Of a stretch of 64,000 nt of DNA, positions 9,613 through 20,570 are shown one piece after another. The DNA is from a bacterium (GTDB lineage Bacteria; SAR324; NAC60-12), in NCBI GenBank assembly GCA_965209155.1, contig OZ242383.1, forward strand, positions 2,880,001 through 2,944,000, given 5' to 3'. The position numbers and the translations under genes are program-made. The notes under the pieces were generated by a model. It made no database searches. It saw only the letters and a program-made list of their open reading frames with translations, and was not told the origin of the DNA. Position 1 is the first letter of the stretch. The number at the start of each line of letters is the position of its first letter.

Positions 9613-11466
9613 TTATGGATGGATTTCCAGTTCCAGTTTCGCAAGCAGAGGTGAAAGGTTTCTATTCTGAATCGTGCGTGCCTGGCTGAGGGCGCGGGGT
9701 AACAATCCATAAATATAATACTCGGCAGTGCGCACTTTGTTCCAACAAAAAACCGAATGCGGAGTATTTTCTGATAACAACGCGTCATTCTGATGACCTG
9801 TCGCGCTCACGTTTTCCTGCAGTTTGTTCAGCTCGATTTGCGCTGCTATTGCCTGTTGCAAAAGATGAAAAGCGCACAAAACGTCCCCCATCAATGCCAG
9901 CATGTTGTTCGCGTAAAGGACGTATTCCCGCGATTTTCCTTCTCCGGCACACATACGGAATGAAGCGATGGTCTCAAACATGAGATCATGATAGCACGTC
10001 CATTCTGAAATCAATCCCCGGATTTCTTCGGGAATGGCATTGTGGCACCGGGTGAAATATCGCAAGTGTTTCTGTAACGTTGCCAGCAATTCTCCATCCT
10101 TGATGGTAAATTTTCGAGTCACCAGATCCAATGCCTGGATGCCATTGGTCCCTTCGTAAATGGAACCTATTTTGGCATCCCGGGCATTTTGCTCCAAGGG
10201 AAAATCCCGGGTATATCCTACTCCACCCAGTACCTGGACTCCGATGCAAGCGGTCTCGAAACCTTGATCGGTGGCAAACGATTTGGCAATGGGTATGTAC
10301 AGGTCCAGTAAATTTTTATAATATACCCGCGATTCTTGCGGGCCATGTTTGCTCATGTCGGAGTAGTAGGCGCAAGAGTAAATCAGTCCACGTAAACCTT
10401 CGGTGGTGGCTTTCATGTTCATCAGCATACGTCGTACATCGGGATGCTCGATGATCAAAGCGCGTGGGGCTTTTTGATTTTTACCGTGTTGGACGGCAAT
10501 ACCCTGGGTTCGCTCATTAGCATAGCAGAGAGCGAACTGGTAGGCTGCCGCTGCAGAAGCGAGCCCTTGCAGCCCTACCTGAAGACGGGATTCATTCATC
10601 AACTGGAACATTTGAGCCATTCCCCGGTGTTCCTCCTGCAACAAATAACCATGACATTGATTATTGTCTCCAAACGACAAATGCGCCGTTGGGGAGCCAT
10701 GGATGCCCATCTTATCTTCCAGGTTGACCAGGGTGACGTCATTGGGTGTTCCATCCAATCGGACTTTGGGAACAATGAACAAACTGATACCCTTGGGACC
10801 AGGAGGAGCCTCTTTGACGCGAGCCAGAACCAGGTGGACAATGTTTCCGGTATAATCGTGGTCTCCTCCCGTGATGAATTGTTTAGTACCTTTAATTGAA
10901 TAATGGTCTCCCTCTTTCACGGCAGTTGTGGTGATATCGCCAACGGCAGTTCCGGCATGTGGTTCCGTGAGACACATCGTCCCCGTCCATTCTCCGGTGG
11001 CCATCTTTTCACAATAAGCTCGCTTTTGCTCGTCCGTGCCAAAAGTTTCGATCAGGTGAGCCGCCCCTGCCGTGAGAAAACAAGTGAGGTAGAACGATTG
11101 ATTGGCAGCATAAATCACTTCATTGGTGGCAATGGAGACCAATTCGGGAAGCCCTTGTCCTCCATATTCCGGAGACATGTTCAGGCCCACCCATCCGCTT
11201 TTCCCTATTTGTTGCCATGCCTCTTTAAATCCTGTGGGAGTTTTCACTTTCCCTTCGATAAGCCGACACCCTTGCTGGTCTCCCCGTTGATTGAGGGGTG
11301 ACACTACTTTTTCCGCAAAATGACAGGCTTCTTCAACGATCATGTGGAACGTGTCTTGATCAAAATCGGAAAAAGCCGGAAATTGACACAACTTTTCGGC
11401 TTGCATCACGTCATACAATAAAAATTCGATATCTCGCCGGTTTGCCTTAAATTCCGTACTACTCAT
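9613..11466 (-). CDS. Acyl-CoA dehydrogenase (long, about 600 aa type)
   Basis: GTMCLTEPHAGT, GTKQFITGG, EDKMGIHGSPT, QVLGGVGY, IYEGTNGIQALDL. Confidence 0.94.
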   Translation of the reverse strand: MSSTEFKANRRDIEFLLYDVMQAEKLCQFPAFSDFDQDTFHMIVEEACHFAEKVVSPLNQRGDQQGCRLIEGKVKTPTGFKEAWQQIGKSGWVGLNMSPEYGGQGLPELVSIATNEVIYAANQSFYLTCFLTAGAAHLIETFGTDEQKRAYCEKMATGEWTGTMCLTEPHAGTAVGDITTTAVKEGDHYSIKGTKQFITGGDHDYTGNIVHLVLARVKEAPPGPKGISLFIVPKVRLDGTPNDVTLVNLEDKMGIHGSPTAHLSFGDNNQCHGYLLQEEHRGMAQMFQLMNESRLQVGLQGLASAAAAYQFALCYANERTQGIAVQHGKNQKAPRALIIEHPDVRRMLMNMKATTEGLRGLIYSCAYYSDMSKHGPQESRVYYKNLLDLYIPIAKSFATDQGFETACIGVQVLGGVGYTRDFPLEQNARDAKIGSIYEGTNGIQALDLVTRKFTIKDGELLATLQKHLRYFTRCHNAIPEEIRGLISEWTCYHDLMFETIASFRMCAGEGKSREYVLYANNMLALMGDVLCAFHLLQQAIAAQIELNKLQENVSATGHQNDALLSENTPHSVFCWNKVRTAEYYIYGLLPRALSQARTIQNRNLSPLLAKLELEIHP

Positions 11467-11547
11467 TCATGTCACGTGTATGAAACTTGCAAAAGATCGA
11501 TTTTATTCCTGAAGCTCTTCAGACCCACGAGAAGGCAGAAAGGCATA

Positions 11548-11643
11548 CTGGATTCCTGGTCTGTGCCAGGAATGACACGTTGGATTCGCTGGATTCCTGG
11601 TCTGTGCCAGGAATGACACGTTTTTTGACTTCTGATTCACGTA
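11548..11643. repeat. Two tandem copies of ctggattcctggtctgtgccaggaatgacacgt
   Basis: Copies start at 11548 and 11589; the second extends as a near match to 9546-9599. Confidence 0.85.
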
Positions 11644-11771
11644 CTACTCATTATGGTTTCCCTCCGGTTACGTGAAGCTCCTTGCAAGGGTGCGTGCGTC
11701 CGGCAATAAGACCAGCGTGCATGCGCATGGCCACTGCTCGAGGCGGTGAGTGTTTTCCAGGGAAGGAAAAA

Positions 11772-13001
11772 TCAAATTTTCTTAAACAAAAGCGAAGCAT
11801 TGGTCCCACCAAAACCAAAAGAGTTTGATAAAGCAACCGTGAGTTTGCGTTCTTTCCCTTGATTGGGCGTCACATCCAGGTCGCACTCGGGATCCAAGTT
11901 GTCGATATTGATACTGGGAGGGACAAAATCATGCTGAAGCGCTTTCACAGTGACCACCGCCTCCACTGCTCCGGCCGCACCCAAGAGATGTCCCATCATG
12001 GATTTGGTCGCACTGATCGAAATCCGATTGGCGTGATCGCCTAAAACGGATTTGATTGCCAGCAATTCATTGATATCCCCGGCAGGCGTGGAGGTGGCAT
12101 GCGCATTGATATAGTCGACTTCCTGCGCATTGGTTTCCGCATCTTTTAAAACCATCTTCATCGCCCTCGCCGGTCCTTCCACGGAGGGCGCAGTGATGTG
12201 AAACGAGTCCGAACTGAAACCATACCCCACCAACTCGCAATAAATACGAGCGTCTCTTTTTTTTGCGAATTCGAGATCTTCAAGAATGAGAATGCCGGAT
12301 CCTTCGGAAAAAACGAATCCATCCCGTTCCTGATCGTAAGGTCTGCTGGCTCGTTGGGGTTCATCGTTTCGCGTACTGAGAGCCCGCATGGCCGCAAAGC
12401 CGCCGATGCAAAGTTTTGTGACAGCAGCTTCGGTTCCTCCGACAATCATGGCTTTGGCATCACCGCGCTCGATCATACGCGCAGCATCTCCGATAGCATG
12501 GTTCGAAGAGGCGCAAGCCGAAACAGTTGAAGTGTTATAATTTTTCGTGCCGAAAATCAGAGAAATCTGCCCGGCTACCATATTTGCCAGCACCATTGGA
12601 ATGAAGAAGGGAGAAATCCGATCCGGGCCTTTTTCCTCCATGAGCAACAGATTTTTTTCAATCATCGGTTGCCCTCCAATCCCCACGCCAATGGAAGCGC
12701 CAATGTCATACTGCAACTCTTCGGTGATCTCCAGGTTTGCGTCCTGCAAGGCTTCCTGGGTTGCGGCAACGGCATAATGAATAAAGGTGTCCATTTTTTT
12801 GACGTCTTTGGGAGGAATAACGGAGGGGATCTCGAAATCATGGACTTCTCCCGCAACCTGACTTTTTAAATCGGAAGGGTCAAATTTCGTGATGCGTCCC
12901 GTACCCGAGATTCCCTTACAACTGGCATCCCAGGCTGTTTCCAGGTTGTTTCCGATCGGACAAACAATTCCTAGTCCAGTGACAACAATTCGTCTACGCA
13001 T
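11772..13001 (-). CDS. fabF: 3-oxoacyl-ACP synthase II
   Basis: RRIVVTGLG, SACASS, YINAHATST, KSMMGHLLGAAG, SNSFGFGGTN. Confidence 0.96.
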   Translation of the reverse strand: MRRRIVVTGLGIVCPIGNNLETAWDASCKGISGTGRITKFDPSDLKSQVAGEVHDFEIPSVIPPKDVKKMDTFIHYAVAATQEALQDANLEITEELQYDIGASIGVGIGGQPMIEKNLLLMEEKGPDRISPFFIPMVLANMVAGQISLIFGTKNYNTSTVSACASSNHAIGDAARMIERGDAKAMIVGGTEAAVTKLCIGGFAAMRALSTRNDEPQRASRPYDQERDGFVFSEGSGILILEDLEFAKKRDARIYCELVGYGFSSDSFHITAPSVEGPARAMKMVLKDAETNAQEVDYINAHATSTPAGDINELLAIKSVLGDHANRISISATKSMMGHLLGAAGAVEAVVTVKALQHDFVPPSINIDNLDPECDLDVTPNQGKERKLTVALSNSFGFGGTNASLLFKKI

Positions 13002-13070
13002 GAGATTGATCTGATTGACAGGTGAAAAAAGGAGAATTGCCTTTAAAATCAAAGAATCAATCGAACTTTC

Positions 13071-13307
13071 TCAGGCTTGCTGAGCAGCCTGAATATGCTC
13101 GATCGCGATTTTGACTGTCGTGATTTTTTCCGCAACATCGTCTGGAATCGTGATATCGAACTCTTCCTCGAAAGCCATCACCAATTCCACCGTATCCAGT
13201 GAATCCGCCTCCAAATCATCGGCAAAATGTGAATCAGGCGTGATATCGGTCTCATCGATTCCTAACTGCTCGCTTATGATTTTTTTTACTGCTGCTTCAA
13301 CTTCCAT
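13071..13307 (-). CDS. acpP: Acyl carrier protein
   Basis: [17 protein letters not shown]; between fabG and fabF. Confidence 0.96.
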   Translation of the reverse strand: MEVEAAVKKIISEQLGIDETDITPDSHFADDLEADSLDTVELVMAFEEEFDITIPDDVAEKITTVKIAIEHIQAAQQA

Positions 13308-13560
13308 ATTTTCCATTCCTTTAATAAAAAAAAAACTAACATTGCTCCGATGGATACGCAAACTTTCATTGTTTCGAGACGAGGGAATGGAGGAGCAATG
13401 CAAAGAAACCCTGCCTCCTCGTTCTCCATTGATAAAAGTCATAGCATGTCATTCAGTATATCTTGAATTGTGAGAACTTTGAATAGTAGTCAATTTTTCA
13501 GTAAAATCAGGAGAGAAGTCACTTGTTGATTCAGTTGCTCATTTCCGGAGTTCCTCGTCA

Positions 13561-14298
13561 TCAATACATTCCTCCATTGACATGCAATGTGGTTCCGGTG
13601 ATGTAGTTCGCCTGTTCCGAAACGAGAAAATGAACAGCTTGCGCCACGTCATCGACCGACCCTATCCGTCCCAATGGGATTTGTTGTAAAAGGGTCTGAG
13701 TCTGTTTCTCATCCAAGCCTCCAGTCATGTCGGTTTCGATGTATCCCGGGGCGACGGTATTGCAGGTAATATTTCGATTACCCAGTTCCCGGGCAAGCGA
13801 CCTGCTGAATCCCACAACAGCAGATTTAGCGGCACTGTAGTTCACCTGCCCCGGATTTCCAGTGAATCCGACTACTGAACTGATATTGACTATACGGCCA
13901 TAGCGCAGACGAATCATACTGCGAATGACAGTTTTCGTAACATTGAACATGCCCGTCAGGTTGACATCCAAAACTTCATCCCATTCGCTCCGTTTCATAC
14001 GTAAAAACAAAGTATCGCGGGTAATACCCGCATTGTTGACCAATATATCGATTCGAGGAAAAGAATCCTGCGCAGCGCGTACCATTTCTTCCACCGCCTC
14101 CAAGTCGGCCACGTCCACCTGAAAGGCCAGGCATCGCCTCCCGATGGCTTCAATAGCTGACTGGGTTTGATCTGAAAAATTTTTATTGCGATTTGTAAAA
14201 ATAATATCAGCACCTGCCTTTGCAAGACAAATAGCGACTGCTTTTCCAATTCCACGCCCCGCTCCCGTGATCAAGGCAACACGATTTTCCAAACTCAT
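13561..14298 (-). CDS. fabG: 3-oxoacyl-ACP reductase
   Basis: TGAGRGIG, NNAGITRD, NYSAAK, LHVNGGM. Confidence 0.95.
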   Translation of the reverse strand: MSLENRVALITGAGRGIGKAVAICLAKAGADIIFTNRNKNFSDQTQSAIEAIGRRCLAFQVDVADLEAVEEMVRAAQDSFPRIDILVNNAGITRDTLFLRMKRSEWDEVLDVNLTGMFNVTKTVIRSMIRLRYGRIVNISSVVGFTGNPGQVNYSAAKSAVVGFSRSLARELGNRNITCNTVAPGYIETDMTGGLDEKQTQTLLQQIPLGRIGSVDDVAQAVHFLVSEQANYITGTTLHVNGGMY

Positions 14299-14354
14299 GG
14301 GGGTTCCTCTGTTGGTCAGAACTCTGAAAGGTTACCTGAAATAACCTCAGCCAA

Positions 14355-15614
14355 TCATCGTACCTTAAAATACATAATGATAGTAAACACAAAAAGCCAG
14401 ATAGATTTCAAATGCATCAACCAGATCACTTTGCTTTGGATATCTTGCGAATTGACTAATTTTTCTTCATCTGGTACAGGTCGCATTCCCAGCTTCTGCA
14501 AAAAGAGAAGCCATACGGATTCTACTTCAGGCTTTTGCTCCGAATAAGTCCAAAGTTGTTGTAAATGATGGTGATATGGAGAGCGCAGGAAAAAACGATA
14601 ATGTTCCGCCATATAACGACCTTTGCACCAAAGCATGCATTTGAAAAACAGACGTTGAATGATAGTGGAAAGTACTGAAAAGACGAATATTCCTCCGACA
14701 ATAGGAAGAAAAAGCTCTGCTTTAACGAAAATGAACATCGTAGAAATGATGCTACCCAATGCCAGCGCCCCCAAATCACCCATATATATCAAAGCGGGTG
14801 GAGCATTGTAACGTAAAAATGTGAAACCGGCGCTGATGATTCCCATTGCCAAAACGCTCAACTCCTTGATGTCGTGAGACAATTCGGGAATTTTCAGACG
14901 GGCAGCCCATTCCGGTTCTCCTCCGATATATGCCACGGCAGCCACAAACAGGGAACAGGTCATCAGTGGCATGGTAGCCAGGGAATCCATACCATCGGTC
15001 AAATTGACCGCATTGGCTCCACCCACGATGATCAAGAGCATGAATGGGATAAAAAAGTATTTGGGCAAGTAGGGATACCAATCTTTCAAAGGCACAAAAG
15101 GTACCACCAGGTGTCCGTCAATATCGACATGGAGATAAAGCGCAAGCACAACAATCAAAGCCACCGCAAATTCGGCAAGCAATCGAGTACGCCCGCTGAT
15201 GCCGTCGGCTTTGTCGCTATACCAATTTCTCTTTTCCTTTCCGGATTCAATTCTTTTTTTATGAATCACTTTGGCAACATCATCAATCGCCCCTATCATT
15301 CCAAAGGCAATCATGATGATCAACAAGGCGATGACGTACTGGTTCAGGTTGCACCATAATATGACAGAAACCAGAATAGCCAATATCAAGACACCTCCTC
15401 CCATGATGGGAGTCGCCCCTGCGTAAGGTCGGCCTCTGATCGACGGAGCAAGCGTGAAATCCGAGGTGATCCCTTTCTCTCGAAACAATCGGATGACTTT
15501 GGGCATCAACAGGACAATGATCGCGTAGGTGGTAAGAAACGTCATCCCGCCTCGAAAGAGAACGGATTTGAAAATCTGATAGTGCCAGATTGAATAAAGA
15601 ACTGCGGCAAGCAT
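14355..15614 (-). CDS. mraY: Phospho-N-acetylmuramoyl-pentapeptide transferase
   Basis: TPIMGG, GAIDD, NAVNLTDGMDSL, YMGDLG, PYHHH. Confidence 0.9.
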   Translation of the reverse strand: MLAAVLYSIWHYQIFKSVLFRGGMTFLTTYAIIVLLMPKVIRLFREKGITSDFTLAPSIRGRPYAGATPIMGGGVLILAILVSVILWCNLNQYVIALLIIMIAFGMIGAIDDVAKVIHKKRIESGKEKRNWYSDKADGISGRTRLLAEFAVALIVVLALYLHVDIDGHLVVPFVPLKDWYPYLPKYFFIPFMLLIIVGGANAVNLTDGMDSLATMPLMTCSLFVAAVAYIGGEPEWAARLKIPELSHDIKELSVLAMGIISAGFTFLRYNAPPALIYMGDLGALALGSIISTMFIFVKAELFLPIVGGIFVFSVLSTIIQRLFFKCMLWCKGRYMAEHYRFFLRSPYHHHLQQLWTYSEQKPEVESVWLLFLQKLGMRPVPDEEKLVNSQDIQSKVIWLMHLKSIWLFVFTIIMYFKVR

Positions 15615-15751
15615 AAAGGATTTTCGATAGTGAATCTTCAGATTCGAAGCCAGTGAGGTTGAAGGGAACTCAGCAAGCTGAACCGATGGCTGGGAAGGCA
15701 GACTACCGCTGAAATCATCAATGGCTTATCAGGACAGAGCCGCCCAATACC

Positions 15752-16321
15752 CTAAATAGTCATCAGTTCGGATTCTTTCTTTTTTGTCAAATCGCTCACT
15801 TTGTCAATATGTTCATTCGTTTTTTTCTGGATGGTATCCAAAGTCGTTTTTTCTTCGTCCTGGGAAATGCGTTTGTCTTTCTGCAATTTTTTTATATGCT
15901 CGTTGGCTTCACGGCGGACATTTCGAAGCGCGATTTTACATTCTTCCCCCATCATTTTCACATTTTTGGCCAGTTCTTTACGACGTTCTCCGGTGAGAGG
16001 AGGTAAAACAGTCCGGATGATGTTCCCGTCTTGTGAGATCATCAATCCCAAGTTGGCTCGATGGATTTCACGCTCAATGTCTTTGATGAGACTCTTGTCC
16101 CAGGGATTAATGACCAGTAATTGAGGTTCAGGGGTTGAAATCGTACCAACTTGAGAGAGAGGAGTAGGCGTACCATAATAGTCGATTTTGATATTATCAA
16201 ATATGCTGGGGGCCGCCCTTCCTGTTCGAACAGTGACGAAATCCTTTTTCAGGCTTTCAATCGTATTTTCCATTTTATAGTCCAGGGTTTCCAAGACTTC
16301 TTTAACCGCTTCAGCGCTCAT
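15752..16321 (-). CDS. frr: Ribosome recycling factor
   Basis: VRTGRA, DYYGTPTPL, PPLTGERRKEL, ALRNVRR. Confidence 0.96.
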   Translation of the reverse strand: MSAEAVKEVLETLDYKMENTIESLKKDFVTVRTGRAAPSIFDNIKIDYYGTPTPLSQVGTISTPEPQLLVINPWDKSLIKDIEREIHRANLGLMISQDGNIIRTVLPPLTGERRKELAKNVKMMGEECKIALRNVRREANEHIKKLQKDKRISQDEEKTTLDTIQKKTNEHIDKVSDLTKKKESELMTI

Positions 16322-17040
16322 AATCCTTCTCCATTGATGATCGTTCCGACACCATTGCCACAAATGGCATTCACCATCGAATTTTCATCGCCAATGTTGA
16401 CAACTATAATCGGAAGGTTGTTGTCTTTGCAAAATGCAATTGCCGTCGCATCCATAACTTTCAGGTTTTTTTCCAGGATCGTTTCATAAGAGAGATGATG
16501 ATAACGAACCGCATCGCTATGCAGTTCCGGATCTTTGTCATAGACCCCATCGATTTTGGTAGCTTTAATGACCACTCCCGCACCTATTTCAGAGGCTCTC
16601 AACACTGCAGCCGTATCGGTTGTAAAAAATGGATTACCCGTTCCTCCGGCAAAGATGACAATCCGTCCTTTCTGTAAATGTCGGTCCGCACGACGTTTTA
16701 TATAGGGTTCGGCGATGGCGTGCATTTCAATGGCTGACATCACCCTGGTTGGATAACCACACTGTTCCAGAGCATTTTGAAGGCAAAGGGCATTGATCAC
16801 GGTGGCCAGCATTCCCATGTGATCACCTGCCACACGATCCATGGAGTGGGGGACGGATCTTGTACCCCTGTAAATATTACCACCACCAACCACGACTCCA
16901 ATTTCCACCTGCAACCGATAAATGGTAATGATGCTTTTAGCAATACGAGCAATGACCTCATAATCAAAAACGGTTCCACTGGCGCCACCAAATACCTCTC
17001 CACTCAATTTCAGTAGAATGCGTTTGTATTTTGGAAGCAC
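16318..17040 (-). CDS. pyrH: UMP kinase
   Basis: RILLKLSGE, GGGNIYRG, GTGNPFFTTD. Confidence 0.96.
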   Translation of the reverse strand: MLPKYKRILLKLSGEVFGGASGTVFDYEVIARIAKSIITIYRLQVEIGVVVGGGNIYRGTRSVPHSMDRVAGDHMGMLATVINALCLQNALEQCGYPTRVMSAIEMHAIAEPYIKRRADRHLQKGRIVIFAGGTGNPFFTTDTAAVLRASEIGAGVVIKATKIDGVYDKDPELHSDAVRYHHLSYETILEKNLKVMDATAIAFCKDNNLPIIVVNIGDENSMVNAICGNGVGTIINGEGL

Positions 17041-17048
17041 GCCATCCT

Positions 17049-17912
17049 TTAAAATTGGAATTTGATAAAATCAGTCAAGGTGATCTTCATTCCTACCGTT
17101 TTGCTGGTATCGTTGATGAGTCGTTCGATGGTCTGTTCAGGATTTTTTACAAAAGGCTGGGAAAGCAGACAGATCTCTTTTTTAAATTTTTTCATCCTGC
17201 CTGCAATCATTTTTTCGATAATATTTTCAGGTTTGCCCGAATCTCTGGCTTGAGCAACAAAAATTTCTTTTTCCTTTTCCAGCACTTTTACGGGAATTTG
17301 ATTTTCACTCACCGCTTCCACTTGAGAGGCGGCAATATGCATGGAGATGTCTTTTGCCAGGGAATCCAAAAGCGCGTGATCAACAGGATGTTCTGTTTTC
17401 AAAGCGACCAGAACACCGATTTTTCCCGTCATGTGGACATATCCTCCCACCACTCCGGAATCAACTTGCAAGGCTTTGGCATCCAAAAATTGAATGTTTT
17501 CTCCCAATTCTCCTATTGATTGCATGAGCAGGTCTTGCACCGTGCCTTCAAATTCCACCTGCTGTAGAAAAGTCTGGTTTAAAATATCGTCCACTCCTTG
17601 CTCATTCACCTGCACCGCTAGCAGGCCCAGCAAATGGCGGAATTTTTCATTTTTTGCCACAAAATCAGTCTCACATGCCACTTTCACCAAGGCAGCCATC
17701 TTTCGGTCCTTGGTTATAGCGATCCCTATACCCCCTTCCCGGGTTTCCCGTGATGATTTTTTAAGGGCTTTGACTTGACCGGTTTTTCGCAGTAGTTCTT
17801 TGGCAGCTTCCATATCCCCTTCAACTTCCACCAGGGCTTTTTTGCACTCCATCATCCCTATACCGCTGATTTCGCGCAACTCTTTTACCATACTCGCCGT
17901 AATTTGTTTCAT
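17049..17912 (-). CDS. tsf: Elongation factor Ts
   Basis: VKELREISGIGMMECKKAL, CETDFVA, GKPENIIEKM. Confidence 0.96.
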   Translation of the reverse strand: MKQITASMVKELREISGIGMMECKKALVEVEGDMEAAKELLRKTGQVKALKKSSRETREGGIGIAITKDRKMAALVKVACETDFVAKNEKFRHLLGLLAVQVNEQGVDDILNQTFLQQVEFEGTVQDLLMQSIGELGENIQFLDAKALQVDSGVVGGYVHMTGKIGVLVALKTEHPVDHALLDSLAKDISMHIAASQVEAVSENQIPVKVLEKEKEIFVAQARDSGKPENIIEKMIAGRMKKFKKEICLLSQPFVKNPEQTIERLINDTSKTVGMKITLTDFIKFQF

Positions 17913-17996
17913 ATCAAAATCTTTTTCCTGATTTGTAATTGTACCGGTATTTCGGATTACATCCCTTGATGGCATCTCGAACGCCGGCAGAGGTCA

Positions 17997-18887
17997 TTAA
18001 GATTCATCATCCGTATTTCCGACTTCGCTTTCCCTGTTAACCTCCTCGGATTCGATTGTACTGGTATGAAGGGTATCCCCATCGGGCTCTGCTTTCTCCC
18101 GGTTTTCATCCTTGTAGGGCTCAACCACTCCCTGCAAATGCTCTTCCGCAGGGGATGCATCTGGTTGTGGAGTGATGGCGTCATCCTGCTGACGTTGGGC
18201 TCGCATTGCTTTTCCTTCCTGGATTGCAGTGGCAATGACATTCGCATAGAGCCTGATGGCACGTGGAGCATCGTCGTTTCCCGGAATAGGATAATCAATA
18301 CCGTCTGGGTCGCAATTGGTATCGACTATCGCGATTATGGGAATATAGAGTTTTTTTGCTTCTTTGAGCGCAATATGCTCCTTTATGCAATCCACGATAA
18401 AAATAGCGCCGGGAAGCTGCTGCATTTCTTTGACGCCTCCCAGGGAGCGTTCGAGCTTTTGGCGTTTTCTTTCCATTTGCAACGCCTCCTTTTTAATCAT
18501 ACCAGGGTAAGCTCCTTCCGGTCCGGCTAACTCTTCATATTCTTTCATGCGCGAAACCGATTTGCGGATTGTTTCAAAATTCGTCAGCAAACCGCCTAGC
18601 CAACGCTCATTGATGAAAAAGCTATCGCAACGTTGAGCTTCTTCCACCAGGATATCGCGAGCCTGATCTTTTGTTCCGACAAATAAAATTGTTTTTCCTT
18701 CTCTTGATATTTTTCGGGTGTATTCGTAAGCGATTTTGAGTTTAGAGAGTGTTTGTCGCAGGTCAATGATGTGAATACCATGTTTGGCCCCGTAGATAAA
18801 AGGCTCCATTTTCGGGTTCCAACGCCGGGTTTGATGCCCAAAATGAACACCGGCTTCAATGAATTGTTTTAACGAGACAACTGCCAT
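17997..18887 (-). CDS. rpsB: 30S ribosomal protein S2 with acidic C-terminal tail
   Basis: [38 protein letters not shown]. Confidence 0.97.
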   Translation of the reverse strand: MAVVSLKQFIEAGVHFGHQTRRWNPKMEPFIYGAKHGIHIIDLRQTLSKLKIAYEYTRKISREGKTILFVGTKDQARDILVEEAQRCDSFFINERWLGGLLTNFETIRKSVSRMKEYEELAGPEGAYPGMIKKEALQMERKRQKLERSLGGVKEMQQLPGAIFIVDCIKEHIALKEAKKLYIPIIAIVDTNCDPDGIDYPIPGNDDAPRAIRLYANVIATAIQEGKAMRAQRQQDDAITPQPDASPAEEHLQGVVEPYKDENREKAEPDGDTLHTSTIESEEVNRESEVGNTDDES

Positions 18888-19286
18888 ATTTTTATCTCCA
18901 TGCAAATGGCGCAATAAAGGATTCCTTAAGGCAGGAACGCTTCATATGGTTCTGCTGCTTCAAAAGGGTGAACATTCGATGCTTTTCCGACTGCGTTGAG
19001 AAGTGCTCTCAGCAGAAATCATCAACAAAGAAAGTATTAAATTGATAAAAAATCTTCGTCATTAATGCAAGCTTTTTCTCAATGTGAAGCGTTGCAAAAG
19101 CAGGAAAGAAAGATCTGCTTACTTGCCAGACCATAATAAAATATATTTTTTTTTAATCAGAGTCAATTTACGACTTTTGAATCCTGACGAGAAAGCGTTA
19201 CTTGACTTTCTTTTTATCAACTTATATCTATCTGATAATACAACCATATCCGAAACACAAAGGTTTCCTTTGAGGAAAGGCATGAA

Positions 19287-19814
19287 TTGAATGAAAAAAA
19301 AACTGGTACCGGCTTGAAACGGATCGCTATTTATCCCATCAGCGCCAATCCACCAACCTGGGGGCATGGAGACATTCTGAAACGAGCCGCCAATCATTTT
19401 GATCATGTTTACTGGGCTGCTGCAGTCAATACGCAGAAAAAATATCTCTTTTCTCCCGAAGAGCGTGTTCAAATGATGGAAGAGTATGTCAAGCATTATC
19501 AATTGGAAAATATTACGGTGGAGGCCTACAAAGGCAGCACGGTTCGCTATGCGGAAAAGAGAGAGGCCCAGGTTATCATTAAAGGATTGCGAAATATTAC
19601 CGACTTTCATGGAGAATTGGAACAATCAATGGGTAATCAGGGAATTAATAAATCGATTGAGACTTTTTATATATTTGCCCACCCACATTTATCGGCATTG
19701 AGTTCAAGCCTGGTCCGGGAATTAGCATTGTTGGGAGAAGATATCGGCAGCTATGTTCCCAACTCAGTGGCCGGGATGGTTGTCGAAATTTTATCACGAC
19801 AAAGTACCTGTTGA
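19287..19814 (+). CDS. coaD: Phosphopantetheine adenylyltransferase
   Basis: IAIYP..PPTWGH, KKYLFSPEERV, IKGLR, LSSSLVRE; start uncertain. Confidence 0.85.
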   Translation: MNEKKTGTGLKRIAIYPISANPPTWGHGDILKRAANHFDHVYWAAAVNTQKKYLFSPEERVQMMEEYVKHYQLENITVEAYKGSTVRYAEKREAQVIIKGLRNITDFHGELEQSMGNQGINKSIETFYIFAHPHLSALSSSLVRELALLGEDIGSYVPNSVAGMVVEILSRQSTC

Positions 19815-19850
19815 AGATTTTTAAAACCAAATGGTGTATAGTCTTTTGCC

Positions 19851-20570
19851 ATGAAACACCCCACCTTCTTTTCTCTTAAATGTATTATCGCTCTACCTGT
19901 CTCGATATTGCTTGCTCTTTCAGCGGTTTCGGCAAATTTCTACGATCCGACTTTTTTTAATCAGTTGAATCAGCACGCAAGAGTTCAAAACTGGTGTGGG
20001 ATCGTGGGGTCATATTCAGGAGGATCGTTGGTTGAACTTTTCGGTCCCGCAGCTTTATTTGTTCCCTGGTTTATTTTAAAGATTTCTTTTTCTTCTAAAA
20101 ACTACCTGAGTCGTATTTCCACGAGTTACGTTGCCGTTATACTCCTTTTCTCGGTTTCCATTGCGCACCAGTTGTGGTGGCCGATTTCACTGACGGAGTT
20201 AGCCAACTCGAGTTTGCTGCGATATCCAGGATATGCCGGTATAGCAGGCGCACATTGGCTTGAACTGACTTTAGGTACTGGCATGACAAATTTCCTGACA
20301 GGCGTTATTATAGTCATTTGTACGATAAAACTGTTTGACGAGCTTCCATTTAAAATGTTTATTTCGGCAGCTATCCATGTCGGTATTATCTTGCCTTCCT
20401 ATTTACTCAAGCAAATTTGGCGTTCACTGATTCAAAGGAATTCCATTGAATGGAGTGCTCTCTTTTCCTGGTTTAAACCCAACCAACCTTCATCCCTGCC
20501 GTCATTTCCTCTCGATCCCGATTCCCGGTCCGGTGATCCGATGGCAAACCGAGAGGAAACTTCTCCCTAA
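19851..20570 (+). CDS. Stand-alone FtsK 4TM-like membrane domain protein
   Basis: YDPTF..VQNWCGIVGSYSGGSLVELFG resembles the FtsK N-terminal 4TM region; no P-loop motor follows. Confidence 0.6.
   Translation: MKHPTFFSLKCIIALPVSILLALSAVSANFYDPTFFNQLNQHARVQNWCGIVGSYSGGSLVELFGPAALFVPWFILKISFSSKNYLSRISTSYVAVILLFSVSIAHQLWWPISLTELANSSLLRYPGYAGIAGAHWLELTLGTGMTNFLTGVIIVICTIKLFDELPFKMFISAAIHVGIILPSYLLKQIWRSLIQRNSIEWSALFSWFKPNQPSSLPSFPLDPDSRSGDPMANREETSP

Noticed and set aside
11548..11643. CRISPR array
   Set aside because: Only two copies separated by about 8 bp, no spacers and no cas genes
17997..18190. Repeat origin of the RpsB C-terminal tail
   Set aside because: Acidic tails are common in S2 and similarity to the repeat motif is too weak
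18890..19080. rpsB leader regulatory RNA
   Set aside because: The position is suitable, but no structure could be confirmed by eye
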